Of a stretch of DNA of 64,000 nt, positions 48,958-57,424 are shown piece after piece; the first letter of the stretch is position 1; each line of letters begins with the position of its first letter. The DNA is taken from contig CAXXWC010000021.1 of NCBI GenBank assembly GCA_963668645.2, positions 832,001-896,000 on the forward strand. The letters are read 5' to 3'. The notes under the pieces are model-generated. The model had not been told where the DNA came from. It was given only the letters and a program-made list of their open reading frames with translations, and did not search any database. Both the position numbers and the translations under genes were made by a program. The DNA comes from Desulfobacterales bacterium. GTDB taxonomy: Bacteria > Desulfobacterota > Desulfobacteria > Desulfobacterales > UBA2174.

Positions 48958-49878
48958 ATGTCATCCACCCCAAACGAAAACCTCCAGGCCGACGAACGCC
49001 AGACCGGCAGCCAAACCGTTAAACGCGGATTGGCCCAGATGCTCAAGGGCGGCGTGATCATGGACGTGGTCACACCGCAACACGCAGTGATCGCCGAAAC
49101 CGCCGGCGCCGTGGCCGTGATGGCCCTCGAACGCGTTCCGGCCGATATCCGGGCCCACGGCGGTGTGGCGCGCATGTCCGATCCGGGCCTGATCCGGGAG
49201 ATCATGGCCTCCGTGACCATCCCGGTGATGGCCAAATGCCGCATCGGCCACTTTGTCGAGGCCCAGATCCTCCAGGCCGTGGGCGTCGACTACATCGATG
49301 AGAGCGAGGTGCTCACGCCGGCCGACGAGCGCTACCATGTGGACAAGGACAAATTCAAGGTCCCCTTTGTCTGCGGCTGCCGCAATCTGGGCGAGGCCCT
49401 GCGGCGCATCGGGGAAGGTGCGGCCATGATCCGCACCAAGGGAGAGGCCGGCACCGGGGATGTGGTCGAAGCCGTACGCCACGCCCGCACGGTTCTCGGA
49501 GATATCCGCCGTTTGCAGGTCATGCCCGAGGAGGAGCTGGTCACCTTTGCCAAGGAGACCGGCGCCCCCCTGGAGCTGGTGCGCGAAACCCGGGCCCTGG
49601 GCCGCTTGCCGGTGGTCAATTTCGCCGCCGGCGGCATTGCCACCCCGGCCGATGCGGCTCTGATGATGCAGCTCGGGGTGGACGGCGTCTTCGTGGGTTC
49701 GGGGATCTTCAAAAGCGACGATCCGGCCCGGCGGGCCAAGGCCATCGTGGAGGCCACGGCCCACTTCGACAACGCCGAGATCCTGGCCCGGGTCAGTGAA
49801 AATCTGGGGGCGCCCATGGTGGGCATCAACGTCGGCTCTCTTGAAGACGGCCAGCGTATGGCCCAACGGGGGTGGTAG
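48958..49878 (+). CDS. pdxS: PLP synthase lyase subunit
   Basis: [54 protein letters not shown]. Confidence 0.98.
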   Translation: MSSTPNENLQADERQTGSQTVKRGLAQMLKGGVIMDVVTPQHAVIAETAGAVAVMALERVPADIRAHGGVARMSDPGLIREIMASVTIPVMAKCRIGHFVEAQILQAVGVDYIDESEVLTPADERYHVDKDKFKVPFVCGCRNLGEALRRIGEGAAMIRTKGEAGTGDVVEAVRHARTVLGDIRRLQVMPEEELVTFAKETGAPLELVRETRALGRLPVVNFAAGGIATPADAALMMQLGVDGVFVGSGIFKSDDPARRAKAIVEATAHFDNAEILARVSENLGAPMVGINVGSLEDGQRMAQRGW

Positions 49879-49889
49879 CGGTGAAACGG

Positions 49890-50522
49890 ATGAGAATCGG
49901 TATTCTCGCCCTCCAGGGCGGCGTGGCCGAACACGCCGCCTCGCTGCGCAAGGTCGGGGCCACGCCGGTGGAAGTGCGGCTGCCTGAGCAGATGGAAGAC
50001 CTGGACGGAATGATTCTGCCCGGCGGGGAGAGCACCACCATCGGCAAACTGGCCCAGCGCTTCGCCCTGATCGAAGCCCTGCACCGGTTTGCCGCGATCC
50101 GGCCCATCTGGGGCACCTGCGCCGGCATGATCCTGCTGGCCCGGGACATCGGCGGGACCGATCAGCCCCTGCTGGGGGTTATGGACATCCAGGTCCGGCG
50201 CAACGCCTTCGGCCGCCAAGTGGACAGTTTCACCGCCTCCCTGATCGTACCCGAAATCGAGGACGGCCAAACCCGTCCCTTCCCGGCGGTGTTCATCCGC
50301 GCGCCACAGCTTGTCTCGGTCGGCCCAAAGGGCCGGGTACTGGCCCGCCTGGCCGGTGGCACACTGGTGGCGGCCCGTGAGGGCCGCTTTCTGGCCACGG
50401 CCTTCCATCCCGAACTGACCGCCGACACCCGTTTCCACCGCTATTTTTTTAAGATGATCGAGGAGGCCCCGCCGGCCACGGCCGCCGGCGGTTCCGTGCC
50501 TCCTGCCAATCCTGTTGCCTGA
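49890..50522 (+). CDS. pdxT: PLP synthase glutaminase subunit
   Basis: GILALQG, PGGESTT, GTCAGMI, RRNAFGRQ, FIRAP, FHPELT. Confidence 0.97.
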   Translation: MRIGILALQGGVAEHAASLRKVGATPVEVRLPEQMEDLDGMILPGGESTTIGKLAQRFALIEALHRFAAIRPIWGTCAGMILLARDIGGTDQPLLGVMDIQVRRNAFGRQVDSFTASLIVPEIEDGQTRPFPAVFIRAPQLVSVGPKGRVLARLAGGTLVAAREGRFLATAFHPELTADTRFHRYFFKMIEEAPPATAAGGSVPPANPVA

Positions 50523-50890
50523 TCCGCAGGCCTTTTGCCCGGCGGGGCCCTTCGGCCAGTCTGATCTCCGGCCACCGCCCTCCCCTGCCCCGCGATGCGT
50601 CCGTGCCGCGGCACATCGAGGCCGCCTTTGCACCCCACCTGCGGCAAGATCCAGGCCAATAATAGCGCCGCAATCCCTCCGTACCCCCCATCCGTGCACC
50701 CAGCACAGCCGCATGAAAAAGCCGGGCGTCGCCTTCGCAAAAAGGGCCGCGGACACATGGCCCTTCCCGGCCGGATGAATCATCCATATTGATGAATACG
50801 GCCGGTTGTAATAAAACTGCGCGGCAAAACGACGGGCTGCCTGCAGTCCATCTGACCCGGAACATGTTATTGCGGTGCCTAAGAAGCCCG

Positions 50891-53620
50891 ATGCCCCCGA
50901 AACGCAACCGCCAGACAAAACTCCCCCTCGACCTCGGACCGACCCGGGACGAGGTACTCGCCGCTGCCCTGGTACCCGGAGGCGGTCCGCTGCTGGAGTG
51001 GGAGGCGACCGGAGCGGCGCCCTCCGAGACGCGGCGCCAGTTCGAAACAGCGCTGTTTGAACGCTACCGGACCGATGCGGCCGACGGCTGGCTCTGGCTC
51101 GGTTTTGCCGACCGGGCCCTGCGCCTGTCGGCCTCGCTGGAGTTCTGGCGCCGGCTCGGGGCCCTGTTCGTCGAGGGGCTGCGCCGCGTCCCGGATCTGG
51201 AGGCCCTGCGCGAAAAAGCGGCCCCGAACCCGGACCCGGCCGCTTTGGAAGCCCTCTGCCAGCAAGCCCCGGCCGCCTCGGGTGCCGAATATCTGAACCC
51301 CGAAGCCCTGCAAGCCCACTGGTCGACCCTCAACCAGGCCTTTGCCCGCCGTATCCAAAGCTTCCGAGGATCGGTGGCCGATTTTTTCCAGGCCAGCGCG
51401 CCCCACGTCCATCTGATCGGGAGGGTCTATTTTCATCTGGTGGAAAACAAGGGCGGCCAGCTTCCCTTTGCCTTCATGGCCACCTACACCACCGGGGTGG
51501 ACCGCCAGGGCCAGCCGACCCACCTGCCGCTGCGCCATGCGCTGGAGCACTATGGGCAAAACACGGCCAAGCTGCTCGAACTGCTGGCCACGGTCCACCG
51601 GGCCGCCCGGCAAAGTCCGGTGGTGGCCCGGCTGCTGGACAGCGGGAGCCTCTTTTCCCCCCTGGCCTGGAGCCCGGCCGAGGCCTGGGAGTTTTTGAAT
51701 GCCATCGAGATCTGCGAGGCGGCCGGGATCATGTGCCGCATCCCGGACTGGTGGCAGCGCCGGGCGGCCCGGGTGAGCGTGAAACTGAGCATCGGCGATA
51801 AGCGGCCCTCGCTGCTGGGCCTGGACACTTTGCTGAATCTGACCCCGGCCCTGATGGTGGGCGATACCCCCATCGGGCTGGAAGAAGCCCGGCGCCTGCT
51901 CGCCGCGGGCCGGGGGCTGGCCCTGATCAAGAATCGCTGGGTGGCCGTGGATCCCGAGAAGCTGCGCCAGACCCTGGCCGCCTACGAAAAGGCGGTGGAA
52001 ATGGCCGAGCGCCAGGGGCTGAGCCTGCGCGAGGCCATGAACCTGATGCTGCGGCCCGAGACGGCCCTGGACGTCGCCGATCTGAACGAAGAGATCCAGG
52101 TGACCCATGGCCAGTGGCTGGCCGAGGTGACCGAAAAGCTCAAGGCCCCGGAGCGCATCGGCGAGGTGTCCACGGATCCGGCCTTCAAGGGAGAATTGCG
52201 GCCCTACCAGAGCCATGGACTGGCCTGGCTCGACCTGCTCGGGCGCATCGGCCTCGGCGCCTGCCTGGCCGACGACATGGGGCTGGGAAAAACCGTCCAG
52301 GTGCTGGCCCTGATCAGCCGGCTCAAGGCCATGGGCAAAAAGAAACGCGCTCCGGCCCGGCCGCACCTGCTGGTGGTGCCGGCCTCGCTGATGGCCAACT
52401 GGCTGGCCGAGACGGCGCGCTTTTGCACCCATGTCAACGTCTTCGTGGCCCATCCGGAAGGCCATGGGGGCCAGCCGGTGCCGGAACTGTCTCGCAAGGA
52501 GCTGGCGGCCTACGATCTGGTGCTGACCACCTACACCCTGGCCGGACGCTACCCATGGTTGCGCCAGGCGGCCTTTGACACCGTGATTCTGGACGAAGCC
52601 CAGGCCATCAAGAATCCGGCCACCCGCCAGACCCGGGCCGTCAAACAGCTCCAGGCCCGCACCCGCATCGCCCTGACCGGAACGCCCATCGAGAATCGGC
52701 TCTCGGATCTCTGGTCCCTTTTTGATTTTCTCAATCCGGGGCTCCTGGGCAGCGCGGCCGAATTCAAGCGTTTCACCAAGGACCTGGACAAACACCCGGA
52801 AGGCTACGCCCGGCTGCGCCGGGTGGTGGGGCCTTACATCCTGCGGCGCATGAAAACCGATCGGCGCATCATCGACGACCTGCCCGACAAGGTGGAGATG
52901 GTCACCTTTGCCGAGTTGGGCAAGCGGCAGATCGTGCTTTACCGCGAGCTGGTGCAAGACCTGAAGCTGCGCCTGGAAAACGCCGAGGATCCCATGGGAC
53001 GGCGGGGCCTGGTGCTGGCGGCCCTGATGAAGTTCAAACAGATCTGCAACCACCCGGACCAGTACTTGGGCAGCGGCGCATTTTCAGAAGCCGACAGCGG
53101 CAAGTTCGCCCGCCTGCGCGAGATCTGCGAGACCATTGGCGAAAAGCGCGAGCGGGTCCTGGTCTTTACCCAGTTCAAGGAGATGACCGCACCGCTGGCC
53201 GCTTTTCTGGAAACGATTTTTGGCCGGCCCGGCAGGGTGCTCCACGGAGCGGTGCCGGTGGGCAAGCGCCGCCAGATCGTGGCCGAATTCCAGGAATCGG
53301 CCTATGTGCCCTTCATGGTGCTGTCGCTCAAGGTCGGCGGAACGGGGCTGAACCTGACGGCCGCCAACCACGTGATCCATTTCGACCGCTGGTGGAACCC
53401 AGCGGTGGAAAACCAGGCCACCGACCGGGCCTACCGCATCGGCCAGCACCGCAACGTGGTGGTGCACAAGTTCGTCACCCGGCGCACCGTGGAAGAAAAA
53501 ATAGACGCCATGCTCAAGGCCAAGACCGAACTGGTCGACCGGGTCATCGCTCCCACCGGCGAGGCCTGGATCACCGAGATGAACAACGCGCAACTTGTCG
53601 ATCTTTTCCAACTTTCCTGA
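50891..53620 (+). CDS. SNF2/Swi2-family helicase-like ATPase
   Basis: LRPYQ, LADDMGLGKT, LDEAQAIKN, TGTPIEN, QICNHP, GGTGLNL, WWNPAVENQATDRAYRIGQ. Confidence 0.95.
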   Translation: MPPKRNRQTKLPLDLGPTRDEVLAAALVPGGGPLLEWEATGAAPSETRRQFETALFERYRTDAADGWLWLGFADRALRLSASLEFWRRLGALFVEGLRRVPDLEALREKAAPNPDPAALEALCQQAPAASGAEYLNPEALQAHWSTLNQAFARRIQSFRGSVADFFQASAPHVHLIGRVYFHLVENKGGQLPFAFMATYTTGVDRQGQPTHLPLRHALEHYGQNTAKLLELLATVHRAARQSPVVARLLDSGSLFSPLAWSPAEAWEFLNAIEICEAAGIMCRIPDWWQRRAARVSVKLSIGDKRPSLLGLDTLLNLTPALMVGDTPIGLEEARRLLAAGRGLALIKNRWVAVDPEKLRQTLAAYEKAVEMAERQGLSLREAMNLMLRPETALDVADLNEEIQVTHGQWLAEVTEKLKAPERIGEVSTDPAFKGELRPYQSHGLAWLDLLGRIGLGACLADDMGLGKTVQVLALISRLKAMGKKKRAPARPHLLVVPASLMANWLAETARFCTHVNVFVAHPEGHGGQPVPELSRKELAAYDLVLTTYTLAGRYPWLRQAAFDTVILDEAQAIKNPATRQTRAVKQLQARTRIALTGTPIENRLSDLWSLFDFLNPGLLGSAAEFKRFTKDLDKHPEGYARLRRVVGPYILRRMKTDRRIIDDLPDKVEMVTFAELGKRQIVLYRELVQDLKLRLENAEDPMGRRGLVLAALMKFKQICNHPDQYLGSGAFSEADSGKFARLREICETIGEKRERVLVFTQFKEMTAPLAAFLETIFGRPGRVLHGAVPVGKRRQIVAEFQESAYVPFMVLSLKVGGTGLNLTAANHVIHFDRWWNPAVENQATDRAYRIGQHRNVVVHKFVTRRTVEEKIDAMLKAKTELVDRVIAPTGEAWITEMNNAQLVDLFQLS

Positions 53621-53633
53621 AGCGAGGTAAACC

Positions 53634-54716
53634 ATGCGCGACTGGGACCGCTTTCCCCCTTATGTATCGGTGGCCGAAAAGGCGGCCAGGGCTGAACGCC
53701 AACGGCGCCAACTGGAGAAAAAAGGGCAGAAGCTCGACCCGGTCTGCGTGCAAGGCAGGACCATCGCCAGCAGTTGGTGGGGCAAGGCCTGGTGCCGCAA
53801 CCTGGAAAGCTACGCCGACTACAGCAACCGCATCGGCCGTGGCCGCAGCTACCTGCGCTGCGGCGCGGTACTGGATTTAAAGATCGAAAAAACAAAGGTG
53901 ACGGCCCTGGTCCAGGGCAGCCAGAGCAGACCCTACAAGGTCGCCATTCAAATCGCGGCGATGGCCAAAACGGTATGGAAACAGATCCGCTCGGATTGCG
54001 CCGGAAAGATCGATTCGCTCCAGGCCTTGCTGGCCGGAGAGTTTCCCGAAGACCTCGGGGAGCTGTTCACCGTTCAAAAAAAGGGCCTCTTTCCGGCGCC
54101 GTCCCAGATCAAATTCGATTGCAGCTGCCCGGACTGGGCCTCGATGTGCAAGCACGTGGCCGCCGTGCTCTACGGGGTGGGGGCCCGTCTGGATCGCTCA
54201 CCGGAGCTGTTCTTCGTTTTGCGCGGCGTCAGCGTGGAAGAGCTGGTGGGCGGCGCGGTGAAAGCCACGGCCCGCAAATACATCGACCAGGGCGCGGTGC
54301 AAGGGGCCCAGGTCATCGCCGAAGACCGGTTGTCCGAGCTTTTCGGCATCAACTTCGGTGCCGGGGAACCGGAGCCGGAAAAAACCGCTACGCCGCCGCC
54401 CGAGCCGCCGGCCAGGACCCGCAGAAACAAAAAGCCTGAAAAGGCAGCCCCTGCCAAACGCCGCTCCCCTGGATCACGCCAGACCAAATCAAAGGCCGGC
54501 GCCAAGAAGACCAAACCGGCCAAGAAAGCGCCGCACGCGGTGGATCCGGTCGAACAAATCCTGAAGATGGTCCGGGCCTCGCGCAAAGGGATCGATGTGC
54601 CGGCGATCCAGAAGCGTACCGGCATCGATCCGGTCAAGATCCGCAACACCATCTTCGGCGCCTTGCGCAAAGGATTGATCCAGCGCGTGTCGCGGGGCTT
54701 TTACAAGGGCGTTTGA
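53634..54716 (+). CDS. SWIM zinc-finger protein with basic linker and C-terminal winged helix
   Basis: WWGKAW, RGRSY, CSCPD....CKHVAA; K/A/P-rich linker; wHTH-like tail. Confidence 0.9.
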   Translation: MRDWDRFPPYVSVAEKAARAERQRRQLEKKGQKLDPVCVQGRTIASSWWGKAWCRNLESYADYSNRIGRGRSYLRCGAVLDLKIEKTKVTALVQGSQSRPYKVAIQIAAMAKTVWKQIRSDCAGKIDSLQALLAGEFPEDLGELFTVQKKGLFPAPSQIKFDCSCPDWASMCKHVAAVLYGVGARLDRSPELFFVLRGVSVEELVGGAVKATARKYIDQGAVQGAQVIAEDRLSELFGINFGAGEPEPEKTATPPPEPPARTRRNKKPEKAAPAKRRSPGSRQTKSKAGAKKTKPAKKAPHAVDPVEQILKMVRASRKGIDVPAIQKRTGIDPVKIRNTIFGALRKGLIQRVSRGFYKGV

Positions 54717-54753
54717 ACGAATCGGAGAAAAATGACCGGAGAAAGGAGATGCC

Positions 54754-55212
54754 GTGAAACTGCGTTATGCGATCATCTTTTCTATTCTCGCCTGTGTCCT
54801 TGTTTTTCCAACCTTCAGCCAGGAGACGGCGCCTTTGTTGAACGGGCGGATCGATTGTGGCAGCGCTTTGAACGATGTCGTATCGGCCAGGGCCACTTAT
54901 TGGTTTGACAAGGGGGTAAGCATCTCTTTGTTTTCGACGGAAAAACCTTTAGGAAGAGCCTTTGCCAGAATCATGCTCGAAATGGACAAAGACCGCACCG
55001 AAGTCACGGAAATACGGCTCACTTACGTATGCGACGACAAAATGGAGCGACTGACCGCAAAAAAGGATGACGGCAAACTCGACAAGATACTTTCATCCTG
55101 GAAGCTGGAAAACGACACCATAAGCCTGCAAACAGCAGGAAATGCCCCCTCTGAAAAAAGCGGCGTCCAGGCCGAATGGGACATACGGATCAAAGGCCTG
55201 CCGGTAAAGTAA
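54754..55212 (+). CDS. Secreted hypothetical protein
   Basis: RBS AAAGGAG, signal peptide; its C-terminus is duplicated at 62835-62933. Confidence 0.7.
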   Translation: MKLRYAIIFSILACVLVFPTFSQETAPLLNGRIDCGSALNDVVSARATYWFDKGVSISLFSTEKPLGRAFARIMLEMDKDRTEVTEIRLTYVCDDKMERLTAKKDDGKLDKILSSWKLENDTISLQTAGNAPSEKSGVQAEWDIRIKGLPVK

Positions 55213-55563
55213 GTGCAAAACGGTGGGCTTGGACTGCGGCAGGGTGGCTCAAGCCGGCCTGAAATCCATGGTCACCCGTTCGACACCGTCTTCGTGTTCG
55301 GCTTTCAGGTGCCAGCCTATCTTCCGCAAGACGCGGCGCATTTTTTCGTTTTCGGGCAATATGTCCGCCGTGAAGCCCTTCAACTGCCTTTCTTTGGCCA
55401 GGCGGGCCAGGGTTTCGCAAAGAAAAGCGCCGATGCCCAGATCCTGGAACCCTTCATCGACCATGATCGACAACTCGGCATAGGCCGTCACCGGATCGAT
55501 CTGGTCAAAACGCACCTCGGCGATAATCCAGCCACAGTCACGATCATCAGGCAGCCAGATCAG
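55111..55563. repeat. Direct repeat, left copy (~450 bp)
   Basis: Aligns to 62835-63283, from AACGAYACCAT through GCAGCCNGATCAG. Confidence 0.9.
55249..55563 (-). pseudogene. Duplicated 3' fragment (GNAT C-terminus) of the acetyl-CoA hydrolase-GNAT gene
   Basis: AELSIMVDEGFQDLGIG..MDFRPA* nearly identical to the end of 62969-64000; no upstream part. Confidence 0.8.
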
Positions 55564-57424
55564 GACTGACGCAGTTGCAATTCAACAGCATTGCCAGGTA
55601 CGCTTTGAGCTTTGGCGATTGGAGAATTCCAGGATTATTAGCCAGTTCATTGAGCACCGAACAGAACCGTTCCGCATCAACATATTTGGGAAAGGCCTCC
55701 TCTGAATCGGGATCTTCGCACCAGACCAAAAAGGCATCGAGTATCCAGGAGGCTGCCCGGAGGCGCCTGATGTTTTCAAGTGATGGTTTCAGGCAGTCCA
55801 ACGCTTTCTGGCGAAACTCGCGACGGAGGGTATCGATCCTGTTCCTTTTGGTATTGGTCTCTTCGCCGAGTTCACGCAGACGAGTGTCGATTTCACCGAT
55901 CTCAGATAGCAGGCTCTCGTATTGCGCCCGCTCCGATTCGGACAATGCTGCAGGGCCGCCGAAAAGCACCGCCACTTTCCTGTTGATGTCGTCTTCGGAA
56001 AGCGTCTCTTCGCCTCCAAAGGCCATGTTCACAAAATTTCGTGCGATCTTGGCATACAACCTTCTCAGGCAGTCGGCATATTGTTTCCAGATCATGACGA
56101 AGACCGTGTCCTTGTACACGGTCACCCTGGGCATTGTGTCCGGGTCATCGGGGTCGTTGTTGGGGTAGCAGTCCCGGGAGTTGATGGCTTCTTCAACAGC
56201 TTCGTCAAAGGTTTTTCCATTCATCATCGCGTAGGCGACGATTCTATGAAATTTTGCCTGCAGCTTGGCGCCAACCATCACCACGCCGCCGCCGCTCGGA
56301 TCTTCAAAGGGGTTGCCGCCGGCGGGAATCCATGGCGGCATGCAAGGTTCCGGTTCCACGTCATGCCACTCCCCGTTGACCCCGAGCGTATTGCTCCAAA
56401 CATCCTCCCGGAGCATCAGGGCCTGAAAAACATTATAGGCGTTGTCTTCCAGGGTCTTTCTTTCGTCGTAGAGCCGCTGGTATTCCGCCACCAACTCATC
56501 GATGGCCGCTTGAAGTTCAGCGATCTGGCTGTTGTAGGATTCGTAGAGTTTCTGGATGCATGGATCGTTGAACTGTGCATCGGGGTTCCACTCGTAGCGA
56601 AAGCCCCAGGTGGTCTCTCCATCGCCGGAAAAAGTTGTAATGTCGCCTTCCCTGGAATCGCGCGCCTCCTGGAGTTGACTGTCGATTGCCTCCTTGAGGC
56701 CGGCCGCCGTGTCATAGTCTTCGGCCTCGCAGCCAGGCGTCAAACCCTCGCACTGATCCCCGGTCTGCTCGTCGCCGCCAATATCGGAATCGGGGTTGGC
56801 GGTGTTTTCATCGACCGGCGTTACTGGAAAAGTCCATGGTTCAACCGGCTGACTCTCAGGCGTATCGATGGGATTGCCCGCTGCCGGCGGGTCGCCGGGA
56901 GTACTGCCGCCGCCACCGCCGCCCCAGGGCGGAGGATCGATTTCTTCGGGGATCCTTATGACGGGTGGAATCCACGGTTCCCAGGGAATAGGCGGTTCAA
57001 AGTCCCAGAATCCGGAGTCGAAGGGTGCGCACGACGCACACAGGCAGCTTAAATCGACCCTTGTAATGAAATATTCCATCGAACCTGTTTCGGCCAACAG
57101 CCTGTCAACGTTAATGGCCTGATATTTTTTTGTCCTGTTGCCCCTGAGGCACATGTCCCATACCTCTCCAGGGGAATCATCGAGGCTGTCGAATGCCGCC
57201 TGAAGCAATTCGGTGTGGGAATCATGAAGGCCGGGCAGACCCATTGCAGAAAACTGGTGGCCCAGAATTTCGGCAACGGTTTTCTTGTCCAGATTTATGA
57301 TAAGCACATAGTGGACCTCATAAAATGAGGTGAACCCGTAGATGATCTTGTCAATGAAAATCCCTGGCGATGAATACACGATCCCCTGCTGAAAGGTCAC
57401 TGGTGATCTGTGCCGACAGATCAT
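55547..57424 (-). CDS. Hypothetical acidic, Cys-containing protein with Pro/Gly linker and coiled coils; probably the C-terminal part of the upstream gene
   Basis: 625-codon ORF, no signal peptide, overlaps the upstream ORF by 74 nt; alternative GTG start at 57307. Confidence 0.7.
   Translation of the reverse strand: MICRHRSPVTFQQGIVYSSPGIFIDKIIYGFTSFYEVHYVLIINLDKKTVAEILGHQFSAMGLPGLHDSHTELLQAAFDSLDDSPGEVWDMCLRGNRTKKYQAINVDRLLAETGSMEYFITRVDLSCLCASCAPFDSGFWDFEPPIPWEPWIPPVIRIPEEIDPPPWGGGGGGSTPGDPPAAGNPIDTPESQPVEPWTFPVTPVDENTANPDSDIGGDEQTGDQCEGLTPGCEAEDYDTAAGLKEAIDSQLQEARDSREGDITTFSGDGETTWGFRYEWNPDAQFNDPCIQKLYESYNSQIAELQAAIDELVAEYQRLYDERKTLEDNAYNVFQALMLREDVWSNTLGVNGEWHDVEPEPCMPPWIPAGGNPFEDPSGGGVVMVGAKLQAKFHRIVAYAMMNGKTFDEAVEEAINSRDCYPNNDPDDPDTMPRVTVYKDTVFVMIWKQYADCLRRLYAKIARNFVNMAFGGEETLSEDDINRKVAVLFGGPAALSESERAQYESLLSEIGEIDTRLRELGEETNTKRNRIDTLRREFRQKALDCLKPSLENIRRLRAASWILDAFLVWCEDPDSEEAFPKYVDAERFCSVLNELANNPGILQSPKLKAYLAMLLNCNCVSPDLAA

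Noticed and set aside
50879..53053. 724-aa minus-strand ORF and similar long shadow ORFs (36598-37794, 42104-43306, 47605-48891, 49332-50918, 58041-59306)
   Set aside because: They lie antisense to well-supported genes in high-GC sequence where stops are rare, and show no recognisable motifs.
50891..54716. Named anti-phage system (DISARM/BREX/Zorya-like) around SNF2
   Set aside because: No methylase, nuclease, PglZ or other partner genes adjacent; GC content is core-like.
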